From Cystobasidiomycetes sp. EMM_F5 (Eukaryota), in NCBI GenBank assembly GCA_051047955.1, contig JBPGPT010000044.1:1-64000 (forward strand): 64,000 nucleotides of DNA, read 5' to 3'. How positions within the stretch are numbered: the first letter of the stretch is position 1; every line of letters starts with the position of its first letter. The translations under genes were made by a program, and so were the position numbers. The notes below the pieces were generated by a model that had not been told where the DNA came from, did not search any database, and saw nothing but the letters and a program-made list of their open reading frames with translations. Of this stretch, positions 12,845-23,182 are shown piece by piece.

Positions 12845-13250
12845 AAGACTCCGCCTATGAGCTTGTATATTAGGAAACGAGATGAAGTATCCGGATTGAT
12901 ATGGCTCTCCCGGATTGATATGGCTCTCCCATTAGTAGTCGGCGTGACTCGGTGCATGTTCAGCATAAATTCTGCCCCGCATTGTGCATGCTCTCTCATC
13001 TTCAGCCCTGCTAAATTGGACCATGTGAGTAGCTGTCAGTAGCATATCACTGCAGTGAACCAAGTCAATGGACAAAGTCAGAGAGCAATGCCACTTGAAG
13101 GACGTTTGACGGGAAAATTTCTGCAGCTGCGTGCCCGATCAGCTCGTGGTGAGTGTAGGCTCAAGAGGTGATGTTCAGGAACGCGCTGCTGCGTTACAGA
13201 GCACCGCATGATCAGACACAACACATCTGCTCGTCCCCAAAATGTATGCT

Positions 13251-14379
13251 CTACAACGACGGCTCCCCGGGTTCGACAACACCCCTTCGTTCCGTGAGCA
13301 GCGTATAATGCTCAATGCGCCTGTGCTTCTCGAATGCAAAGGTTTTGCCCTTACCCATCGCAGCAGCATCAATATCGATATCTGCCACGACTACCTCATC
13401 TCCCTCGGTTTTATTTTCTGCAACGATATGTCCTTCCGGGTCCACAATCATACTGCCGCTTATGAGAGGATGCAGACCGTCATCAACACCGCAGCGAGCA
13501 GACGTGATGAGGAAAGTCGAATTGGTGTACGCATGCGCCTGGCATACGAGTTTGTGGTGAAACATGGCATCTTCATAGGCTTGTTGGCGAGTCATCGAGT
13601 CCGGATCGATGCCCCAGAGCTCTGGCGCCCATGCTGTTGTGTTCTGCATGGGGCCGCGAGTCGCAATGAAAAGGTGTCAGCTGAATACGCAAATTCGACA
13701 GCGCTTCGCTATTTTGTCTCACATAACCTATGCACATAATCTCCACGCCTTGAAGCCCATAGACTCGCCAACCTTCAGCCCATCTTCTATCATTGCAGAT
13801 CAGCATGCCAATGATTGGACTCTTGCTGCTTCCTCCGGACGCTTTACGTAGGGACGGTGCTCGAAAGGCGTTGAAGCCCAAATTCCCGGGCAGGAAGTAA
13901 CGCTTCTCAAGCTGGTTGGTTGCTATTGGATCCTTGCTGAAAGGCTCAACCGTACCAGGCAAATGGATCTTGCGATATTTGCCAATAGGAAGCCCGCTTT
14001 CCGAACTGACGTATGTTGCCGTATTGTACCTCTGCCCAGCGGGTGTTTGCTCAGCATACCCCACGACTACGTCGATGTCCAACTCTGCTGCTTTAGCGAA
14101 GAATCTTTGGACAGCTGAGGAATTACGGCAGCCGACAATGCCTTTCGGACTGTCTTCCTCTACATCAAAGCAGGCTGCGAGCTCCTGATCATCAGGTGAA
14201 GAGTAGTATGTTCGAGGGAAGAATGTCGTGAAGGTCGTCTCCGGAAACACTGCCAGCTTCACGCCTTTTGCAGCGGCTTCCTCCAGTAATTTGATTAGGC
14301 GCGGAATGATATCTTCTCGACTAGCACATCGATCAACCCTTCCGACTTGAATCGCAGCGACACGTAGGGGACGAGGCAT
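13251..14379 (-). CDS. N-carbamoyl-D-amino acid amidohydrolase (D-carbamoylase; nitrilase superfamily), one intron
   Basis: Catalytic Glu-Lys-Cys in VFPETTFTTFFPR, YRKIHLPG, ICNDRRWAE; LEKRYFLPGNLGF and IGY|NT are D-carbamoylase-type signatures. Confidence 0.88.
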
Positions 14380-14595
14380 GTCGAAGAGACGGGTCAATAA
14401 TTTTGGGTAGACTTAGGAGACGGCACCAAGGCTGCGAACGGCTAGAGCTACGCGTCGAATTTGGTAATAGCGGGAGGGAGGCGTCGCAGTATGACTCTTC
14501 CGGTCGCTTTCAGTGAGATCTGCATGAGCATACTACTGTACTCGCCCTCAACGACCTGTCATCAATTTGGCCGAACGGACTTTACTTCCCCTTCC

Positions 14596-14661
14596 TTCGC
14601 GCAAAGACCGCGCTCGCGATTGGGCGGTCTCTTGTGCGAAATTGCCCGAAGAAAGCGATAA
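14596..14661. promoter_or_regulatory. Dyad element with TCGCGCA in carbamoylase/racemase divergent promoter
   Basis: TTCGCGCAA-AGACCGC...GCGGTCT-C-TTGTGCGAA inverted repeat (14596-14640); GATAA at 14657. Confidence 0.45.
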
Positions 14662-14888
14662 AACGATACAGCGAAAGTGGCATTGCTCGGAATACGGCAC
14701 ATGGCTGCAGTCGAGTACATTAGGTGTATCTAAAAGGGCTGCGCCGGCCTCACTCCGCTGTCGCTCTCCGCACGTACACCCTTTTCTCTACATCAATCCT
14801 TCTACGTAACGTCCTGTAACACGACTAGTTGGCAAGACGCCTTGCCTTGCCGTTTCTCAGTACAGTCAGCCATTTCGATAACTTCGTC

Positions 14889-15663
14889 ATGAGGAGCATT
14901 TCGATTCTTGTCATCAATCCTAATTCTTCGCAAAGTATTACGGACGGTCTCGCCTCATCGCTTGTGCCTTCCGTTGCCGGCTTACCCAATGTCGAGCTCG
15001 ATTTCTACACGGGACCTGCACATGTTGCAGCTGCTATTGTTGATTATTCAACTATGGCATCAACTTCAGTACATTGCTACGAGGACCTTCTAAAGTCGGG
15101 GAAACTCGATAAATACGACGGATATCTCTGCTGTTGTTGTGAGTATTAGGCCCAGCAGTTGGAAAGCAACGTGCAGTCTGAAACCCAGTCCAGTCTCCGA
15201 TCTGCCTTTGCAGCATATGATTCGTGAATACCATGGTACTGGCAGCAAACGGCTGTGCGTCGGAATGTTTGAGGCCGCAATATCCGAATGCATGCTATAC
15301 TCGCGTCGCTTCGGTGCTCTCTGCGTCGGAACGGGACAAAAGCCCCTGCTTCCCAAGGGCGTTTCTGCATACCTTGGTGCCAATGGCAGCGACAGGTGGA
15401 TGGGATATGTCGCCAGCGGCCTCGGCGTACTGGAGCTGCGGGAGGGCGACAGGAACATAGTCGAAATGACTGTCCGTGACGCGGCAAGGAAGGTAGCGGA
15501 GCTCGGCGCGGAAGCCATCATGTTGGGTTGCGCTGGCTTCTCTGGTATGGAGGACATAGTTCTTTCCGGAGCTTCCGAAGCCGTTGGCGGAAGGACCGTA
15601 CGCGTCGTCGATGGAAGCAAAGCAGGCTTAAAAATGTTGATAGGCGCGTTGCTGGTGACGTAG
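14889..15663 (+). CDS. Asp/Glu/hydantoin racemase (hydantoin/allantoin racemase, Dcg1-like), one intron
   Basis: ILVINPNSSQSIT, YTGP, CCC|FSD after splicing, GMFEAAI, IMLGCAGFSG, VVDG; both catalytic Cys positions present. Confidence 0.9.
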
Positions 15664-15853
15664 TGCACCACAACAACGCAGAGGACGGACAAAGTCAGAG
15701 AGCTGGCCTTTCTTTCATGTTTTATCGGCCACACTGTTTAGCGTGGTCGACGCATCAAGAGTGTCTAGCATGTAGTCCAAATCTGGCATAGCAGATATCG
15801 CCCAAACGTCGAAGTTCGGCAGATCTGCGAAAGTGAAGTCAGTCGCTAGGCGT

Positions 15854-18492
15854 TCAGGAGCGGGAGCAGCGTTGTACTAGATGGATGAACAGATCAGCAA
15901 TAAGTTCAAGCAGAGCAACAAGCTTCCTTACAATCTGTGCGGGCGAAATATGCGTAAAGGAAGTAGAGACTGGGATGTTACTGATGAAGTCTGTTGTGGT
16001 TCCGTAGGCTGCTTGACTGCTCTGCACTAAATTTGTTGCTCGCTTCTTAGGCTGCAAGGCCGACAAGAGATCGCTGAAGTCATCGTCGAGCATTCCGTTT
16101 GCTAAAAGCCTAGCCGCAACATTACGAGCGCGTTGCAGCGCCCATGAGGCCGTCACCCAGTGAAATTCTGTATACGATTGTTCGATTGCCTTGCACAGCC
16201 TGGCGGTCAGAGTGACAGGATGCATACGATGATTGTCAGGTATAGTATTATACTTTGACGTGGTAGCATCCTGTGTGACGTTTGGCATTTTTATAGCCAA
16301 GGAGTATCGCACCAAGCACGATAGTACCGATGACAAGACATGAGTAGCATCTGCGTAGCAACGAGGGATCAGCGGAATTCAACTCTGTAAAGACACTTCA
16401 CGTACATGGAAGGTAGAATGAGCGGAAGTTGGCTGGCTTAAGTGAGGACACGAAGCGGACGAAGCTGTCAAATACCAGCAAGCTCTGCATGCTTGGTACG
16501 AAAGGTGATCCCAAGCCGAATTCTCTCTCTATCCTGATTCGCGCTATCATGCATCGAAAGCCAAGCAAAAGTAACAATGCGTTGTCTAGAATGTGTGTGA
16601 GCCTAATGCAGCACGGGAGGCTTTTTAACACCAGAGAACTTACCCATACCAGGAGGCCTGTCCTGCGTATACGTACACGCCTCTGCGTCGTGACATAACA
16701 AGGCCAGCGCTTCATCAAGCTCATTGCATAACTTGAGATTCTCGTGCCGACGGTCCGAAGTCAATCGTGCGAGTACAGCTAAACGCCGCTGCAACCGCGA
16801 TACCAACATTGTCACTTGACAGAGTAATGGAAAGGCATTTTGTGACGGCTCGAAATTGTAAGGACTATGATGCTTTCCGGGGAGGTTGCAATTTGCAAGT
16901 TCGTCCGGCCTTAGTGTGGAGTAATTTTCGTGCTGAATATGGCTTGGTCGACTAGTTAGGAAGCTTGTCCATGTGTCGTGTACAAACAAGCACCACCACA
17001 GCGATCTGCGGACATTCTGCTCTTCGACCGGGATATTCCAAGATCGAGGCTCGATATGTAGACCTAGCATTTGAGCCTGAGCAATGGTCTTAGCCAGTAG
17101 CATGTAATCCATTCGCGTGTCAAGACAAAAGCGACGCGTCAACGCCAGAACAGGAATAGCGATCGAGTCCAAATCCATGGTGACGGACGCCAAATTGGCA
17201 ATATCTGCCTCTTGCGCGACGCGCCATACGTACTTTTGTAATTCCTGCGAATCTGCTTGAAGCTCGAGTGCTTTACATAACATAACAGCCTGTAGGAGAG
17301 ACGAATGTTGGCCCCCTTCTTCCGAACACGGAAAAGCGGGGAGGCATTCTTTCGCCATCGCGGACATCAAGCTGCTTTCGGATGTCCCCTGAAGTAGTAA
17401 AATTGCTCGCAGCCGCTCCAAGAGATCTTTGGCTTTGGCTTCAGACGCAGCAACCGCGTTCTTTCGGTCTGTTGTCACGACTTATCAGAACAACCAAACG
17501 AATGCGCTCGCATGCAAAACCTGACGTACATTCTGGAATAGGATGCACCACAAAGAACATGGGGCTGGTCTTGTCGATGGACATCTGCGTGTGTGATGAG
17601 CCAGTACCTTCGTTCGACTGATGGCCATTTGACTGGCCGTCCGGTTGAAGCAGCAGGAGATCATCGGTCAGCAGCGCAGTGATGGCGATCGCTTCTCCGC
17701 AAAGATCCCTCTGCTGCTGCTGTCCTCGTCCCGAATGTTGAGGCTGTCTGAATACCGAATTGGACGCTGCAGGATGGTGATTATGGAGCGGGGTGTTATT
17801 TGACGCCTCTTGAAGGATTGGCCTCGCATCATGCGCATTCAAATGCAGGGAATTTTGGCCCTGTGTCGTCAATTGATAATCCTGCCAGAGGGAATCTTGT
17901 AGTGTCCCTAGCAGAGGTTCCGAAGACAATGATGAAGAGGAGACCGTATTGGCGGCTAAGATATCTTGCAGCCTTGCCATTTCGGAGTGTGATGCTGGAA
18001 GACTCTGGCTAGCGTTAGCGGCAGAGTCTGGGAGATGGAAAGTTAGCGAAAGTCTAGCTCTCAGCAATGGGAAGACTGACGGCTTCGATATGCTTCATCA
18101 AGCTGCGATATATTCCTGTCATGTTGAGTGGTGCGCCCTTTATCGTATGTCACAGAGCTTCCAGCGGAGAGCGTAGGCAGTATGTTGTGCTGAAGCGATA
18201 CATGGCTAGCGGCTGTATCACTCAAGTCTGGTTGCTGTTGTTGTTGGGGCGTCCGTCTTCTCTTGGGCGAGCCTTCGCCGGGGTCATCGTATCGCTTTCT
18301 GGGCGGCATGAGGAAGGTGCAGCTCTTTCCGCCGTTCCGACATAGTTCACATGCAGCACCGACTTGCTCGATGACACAGCGCAGTCTCTTGCTACGACAA
18401 TTATCGCATGGCCGGTTCTTCCGACTGCGTACTGGTCGAATGCCCTTCCAAGCCTTATCGCTGGTTTCCTTCACGCCGGCTTGCTGCTCCAT
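15854..18492 (-). CDS. Zn2Cys6 transcription factor with fungal-specific TF domain (Dal81/TamA-like); 3' end approximate
   Basis: RPCDNCRSKRLRC..CELCRNGGKSCTF binuclear cluster; AQMLGLH..W.IP.EE..RRSLWWCLFVHDTWTS middle homology region. Confidence 0.88.
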
Positions 18493-19422
18493 TGCGCTGG
18501 TTGCACGGGGTCATTACTGGCCTTTTATGGGTTCTTTCGAAGTCATGGTGACCTTGCAGCAGATTGACCGAGGCTAGAAGCTGGAGCAAAGCTTAAGTTC
18601 AAGAAGCTGGCAGAGGCGCAAATCAAAATCTCCCTTCACAACGTTTATCAATTCGACTTCGACTGGCAATGCTGCGGAGTGTCCATCCTCCTCAAAATGT
18701 CGTCACATCTCTCCCCCCTGTTGTTCAAATTGTTGATGCCATTTAATCTGATGTAATAGAGGTGACTGACTCGCGCTAAGTGCCAAATATTTCAGCTACG
18801 AAGAGCGTGCAAGGCTGACAGCGCTGCGATAACGTCCTCCTCTGTCCGCTTCTGGGGAGGATACGCGTCTGATTTTACCTGACATGCGCGCGACCAAACA
18901 CTCACATTTGTCCGTATTGCAGTATGCACACCCTGCAGTTTTACTGCTTCTTCTATTGCTTCATTCCTCGGAATGGAGGAACACAATCCTTTCGTCAGAT
19001 TCAGTGATGGCTGTTCGACGGATGTTCTTCCTGGCCAAGGCTTTGGCCAGATGGCGATGTCTACTCTGACCGGATCAAAGGCCGACAATTTGTGGGATGC
19101 ACTGAGTGACAGCGTTTCTCCTTGTCGTGGATGTGGTGATTACTGTGCGCTTCTGTACAACAAATCTTTGGTCAAGGCTGTCCCTCGTGACATCGCACAA
19201 GGTAACGTGTGATTCTCTGATCGTGCAATAGTGGTGACCGGTAGCGATGTGACACGCGTTGGCTGCAGACCCATCAAGGCCAAGTAGTTTTGGCCTCCTG
19301 CAAATCCGAGAAGCAGGAAAATCCGCAAGTGAAGTACAGGCCTGCAGTCCGTATCTGTCATCGCTGCACATTTTTGTAATACAGTATAAGAGCGACAACA
19401 ATCCACAACGCTACGGAAAACG

Positions 19423-20799
19423 CTACAACTTGCTCTTGACTATGGCTAGACTTGGGAAGCTGACCACTTCTCTTGCTATACGGGTCGCTTCTTCCGCACA
19501 TCCCCAACAGCATTGCCAGCCATAGCCTCCATGACCGTAGTTGTGTATCAGTGGGATTGAAGCTGACTCTGTTGCAGTATCGTCTACCCCCTTTACGCCG
19601 TTGAGATCAAGCTCCAAGCGTATCCCTGCCGCGCGAGTCGGACGAAAGCCTACCACAGACTTGATTGCTATACTTTGTAGGTCGACGTGCTCGGTCTGAT
19701 GTTTGGCCGATGCTGGCAATGAAGCCGTGTAAGGTTTGGCGGTAGGTCGTTGCTCAAGTTGAGGGCAAATTTCGACAGCTCGCCTTACGATGTCAACTGT
19801 CGTTTCCGGTCGTGGACTTTCGTGCCTGAGGGTTTGTAGCACTCGCATCAGCGTTGGGAAAGTGTATAGTAAGTGCAAGTTCGTAACGCAGACGCACCAA
19901 TCTTCCGCTTCCCGGGTACCACCGATAATGACTTCTCCCGATGCTCGTGGGATAACATACGTCCGCTGTCCTCCCTCGCCTCCACTGAGTGATCCAACCT
20001 GTCTTGTCCATCCACTCCTGACCCACGGGGCTCTGACTGCCAAGACTTGTCCGCGAACGGGAACAACCGTCTTGTCATTGACGTCGGATAAAGAGCGAGA
20101 TCCCAGCCCTGTGCAATTTACCACAGCAGCTGGCGACGCTCTCAGTGCTGCCAGAACAATTGCATGCTTGAGAGAGTCTGCTTTCGGTATGCGAGTGATA
20201 GTCCCGCCTAATCTCTCTATCCGTTTTGTAAGATAGGCCAGGTAGAGTGTTGGCTCCATAGTAAGCGATGTGAAGGAGCAGGAGTGCTGGGCAAAAGGCG
20301 GTAGCTTTGCGGCATCGTGTACGATAAACTGAAGTCAAAAGTCAGCTCGCCCTGCGCGTCCTGGCCGTCGACTGCGCATACTACTCACGTCTGGCAGCTG
20401 TTCAAGGAAACGAAGGTGCTTCTCGCCTTCGGTGTAGAATTCCGTTTGTGTCAATCGCAGCAGCCCAAACCTTGCCGCTTGCTCCGCATCCCTGCTTTCG
20501 TTCCAAAACACATCAAATGTCCGCTGATCCAGGAAGCGTTGCCGCCAGTCACCGTTGGCTGCGAAGGACAGATGGTGTGCTCCAGCAGCAGTGCTGGCAT
20601 AGTGCGGGTTCAGTTCATCGCTTGGGAGGTGTTGCGCTACGACTCTGACAACCAGACCAGCTTCCAGCAGTCGTACAGCAGTCGTCAGACCAACGCAGCC
20701 AGCTCCAACGACGAGGACTAGTGGTGCTCGGTGTGGATGTGCAGTCGGCATCCGTCGAAGCTGCTCTGACGCTGATGGCTGACGGCTCTCAGTGTCCAT
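19423..20799 (-). CDS. DAO: D-amino acid oxidase family FAD enzyme with C-terminal SKL peroxisomal signal
   Basis: VVGAGCVGLTTA, YASTAAGA, VVNCTGLGS, PVRGQ, YVIPR, GFRPTR, HNYGHGGYGWQ, ends -KSKL*. Confidence 0.9.
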
Positions 20800-20925
20800 G
20801 ACGTTGAAGAGGAGGTGGTGATAGCACGCCGACGTCTCCTTAGGATACCCTCACCGCTATTGACAAAGTCTGCAGCTTACAATACGTACTTTTACTCCTC
20901 TGGCAGTCCAGGCGAAGTTCGCCAC

Positions 20926-20984
20926 TCGCGCAGACCGGTCAATTGGCTCGCGCAAGGCTTTGGCGAGGTGGCCGACGACGATAA
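20926..20984. promoter_or_regulatory. TCGCGCA motif pair in DAO/hydantoinase divergent promoter
   Basis: Exact copies at 20926 and 20948; GATAA at 20980. Confidence 0.5.
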
Positions 20985-21147
20985 AGAAGCAAGGCGTTGT
21001 TAAGTATGCAGGCGCAACACTTTAGAGCGGTGGAAAGCCGTCCTGTCCACAAGACGTACGAGCAGGAGACATAGCGAAGGACTGGTGTATCACCACTTGA
21101 AGCCAACGACTCTCAAAGGCAGGACATTACACAAGTCCAGCTCAAGT

Positions 21148-22783
21148 ATGTCTTTGGACCTCATCATTAAGAACGGTATTATTGTCACTGCGAGCGACGA
21201 GTACAAAGCCGACATTGGCGTACGCGATGGCAAGATTATCGTCATAAGCGCAGAATTGCCTGTGCCAGATGGGTGCGAGGTTATTGATGCGGATGGAGGT
21301 TTTGTGACGGTGAGCGAAGTAACGCCAAAGCTATATTCTGGGTTTATGCACTGATGACTCTACTTCTATCTAATCTGCACGACTACAGCCAGGAGGTATC
21401 GATTCACACGTACACATCGCACAATCCGCCGCAAAGTCGTTGGGCGCGAGAAGTGCAGATGATTGGACTACAGCTACTCGTTCTGCCGTGGGTGGGGGGA
21501 CCACGAGCGTCATTGCTTTCGCCGTGCAGAATCGCGGCTGCTCTATGCGGGATGCCGTTGACGCATACCATGAACTTGCGAACGACAAGGCCATATGTGA
21601 TTACGGGTTCCATGTCATAGTGTAAGCAGATATCAAGCATATGAGGCTGGACATCATCTGAAGTAACATATGCTTCTACAGCACGGATCCAAGCGAGCAC
21701 CAAATGCATGTCGAGCTACCGTCACTTATGAAGGATGGCATCACGAGCATCAAGATCTACTCCACATATCCTGCTCTTAAGCTAAATGACACTCAAATTC
21801 TGGACACCTTCTACGCCGCTCGACAGCATGGCATCACTGTAATGGTCCACGCGGAGAACTCCGACATGATAGAATGGTTTACGAAAGATCTCGAGAACCG
21901 CGGAATGACTGAACCTTGGCATCACGGCACATCACGTCCTCCCATCGTTGAATCCGAAGCCACAAATCGTGTGCTTGCCCTGAGCGAGATTATGGACTGC
22001 CCTATTCTCTTTGTGCACGTATCGGCTCCAGATGCCATTGCGGTCATTCGGAACGCACAGACACGCATGCTTCCAATCTATGCTGAAACATGTCCGCATT
22101 ATATGCTGTTAACCGCAAAGGAAATGAAGGCTCCAGGGTTCGAGGGTGCAAAAGCATGCTGTGCTCCACCTCTACGAGAAAATCCAGACGATCGAGAACG
22201 TGTCTTTGATGGCTTGCGGAATGGGACATTGACAATCTACTCTTCGGACCATGCACCGACGAATTATTACGACGCGGACGGAAAGCAGCTTGGTCTGACT
22301 AAAAATCCTGGCAACAACCCTCGCGGCAATTTCCGGTACATACCCAATGGCTTGCCTGGAGTCGAGACGAAAGGCCCTCTCCTTTGGAACGAGGTCTGCC
22401 GCGGCAGGATAACGCCCTCGCAATTCGTCGCCCTCAACTGCACCAACGCAGCTAAATTGTATGGCATGTACCCACAGAAGGGCACGATTCAGCCTGGAAG
22501 CGACGCCGATTTTATAATATGGCAAAAGCCAGCGCAACGCCAACGATTCCAGCTCTCGGTATCGAAGTTGCATTCGGCGTGCGACTACACTCCTTATGAA
22601 GGACACGAAATGCTAGACTGGCCGTTGAAGACGATTCTGCGAGGCAAGATTGTGTACGATGGGGAGACGAATGAGGTAATTGCCAAACCAGGCTTTGGGA
22701 AATGGCTAGTTAGGGGAAAGAGTCAGCTGCAGGGCCCTCGGAATCAGTGGCTCAGCGAATGGCGGCCGAGATATATGCAGTAG
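21148..22783 (+). CDS. D-hydantoinase/dihydropyrimidinase (amidohydrolase superfamily)
   Basis: DLIIKNGIIVT, PGGIDSHVH, GGTTSVI, GITSIKIY (carboxy-Lys), VHAEN, FVHVS, SSDHAP, PNGLPGVET, KGTIQPGSDAD, DYTPYEG. Confidence 0.93.
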
Positions 22784-23182
22784 TCGTATCAGTCGTATAG
22801 CACAATCACCCCAGTCCCTCCATGTTTCATCATTGCGTTGTACCGCCAGTATGCAGCTTGGCAACTTGCGACTTAATGGATTGGTTCTTCCATTGCCAGC
22901 TGCCAGTCGTCAGGATCGCAACTAACTTGAGCTTTCTCTTGCACGCATGACGGCCTGTGCGCGGACGATCGAGGCGCATGTTGACCACAAAACAACCATG
23001 CAAATACAAAACATGACAATAGGATACTGCAATTGATGTATACTGACTTCATATTACTTTAAACATACTCTCTCGCCTTCCTCCGCCGCTCTCCTGCTGA
23101 TTTCAATAAAAGAAGTTATTTTCGCCGGATTTCGGTCAAACGAGAAGCGAGAAGCGAGAAACGACGACCGACTAGGGACAAC

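Noticed and set aside
18792..19401. Short ORFs between the TF and DAO
   Set aside because: No recognisable motifs or coherent splice model; treated as intergenic/UTR
19780..19900. Apparent insertion in DAO (CVCVTNLHLL...) and similar in Cox18-like and FBP1 ORFs
   Set aside because: Explained by ordinary GT-AG introns that happen to be read through in frame
9261..22783. Ordinary pyrimidine reductive (PYD) or allantoin (DAL) cluster
   Set aside because: No dihydropyrimidine dehydrogenase, allantoicase or ureidoglycolate lyase; nitrilase has D-carbamoylase motifs and a D-amino acid oxidase is present
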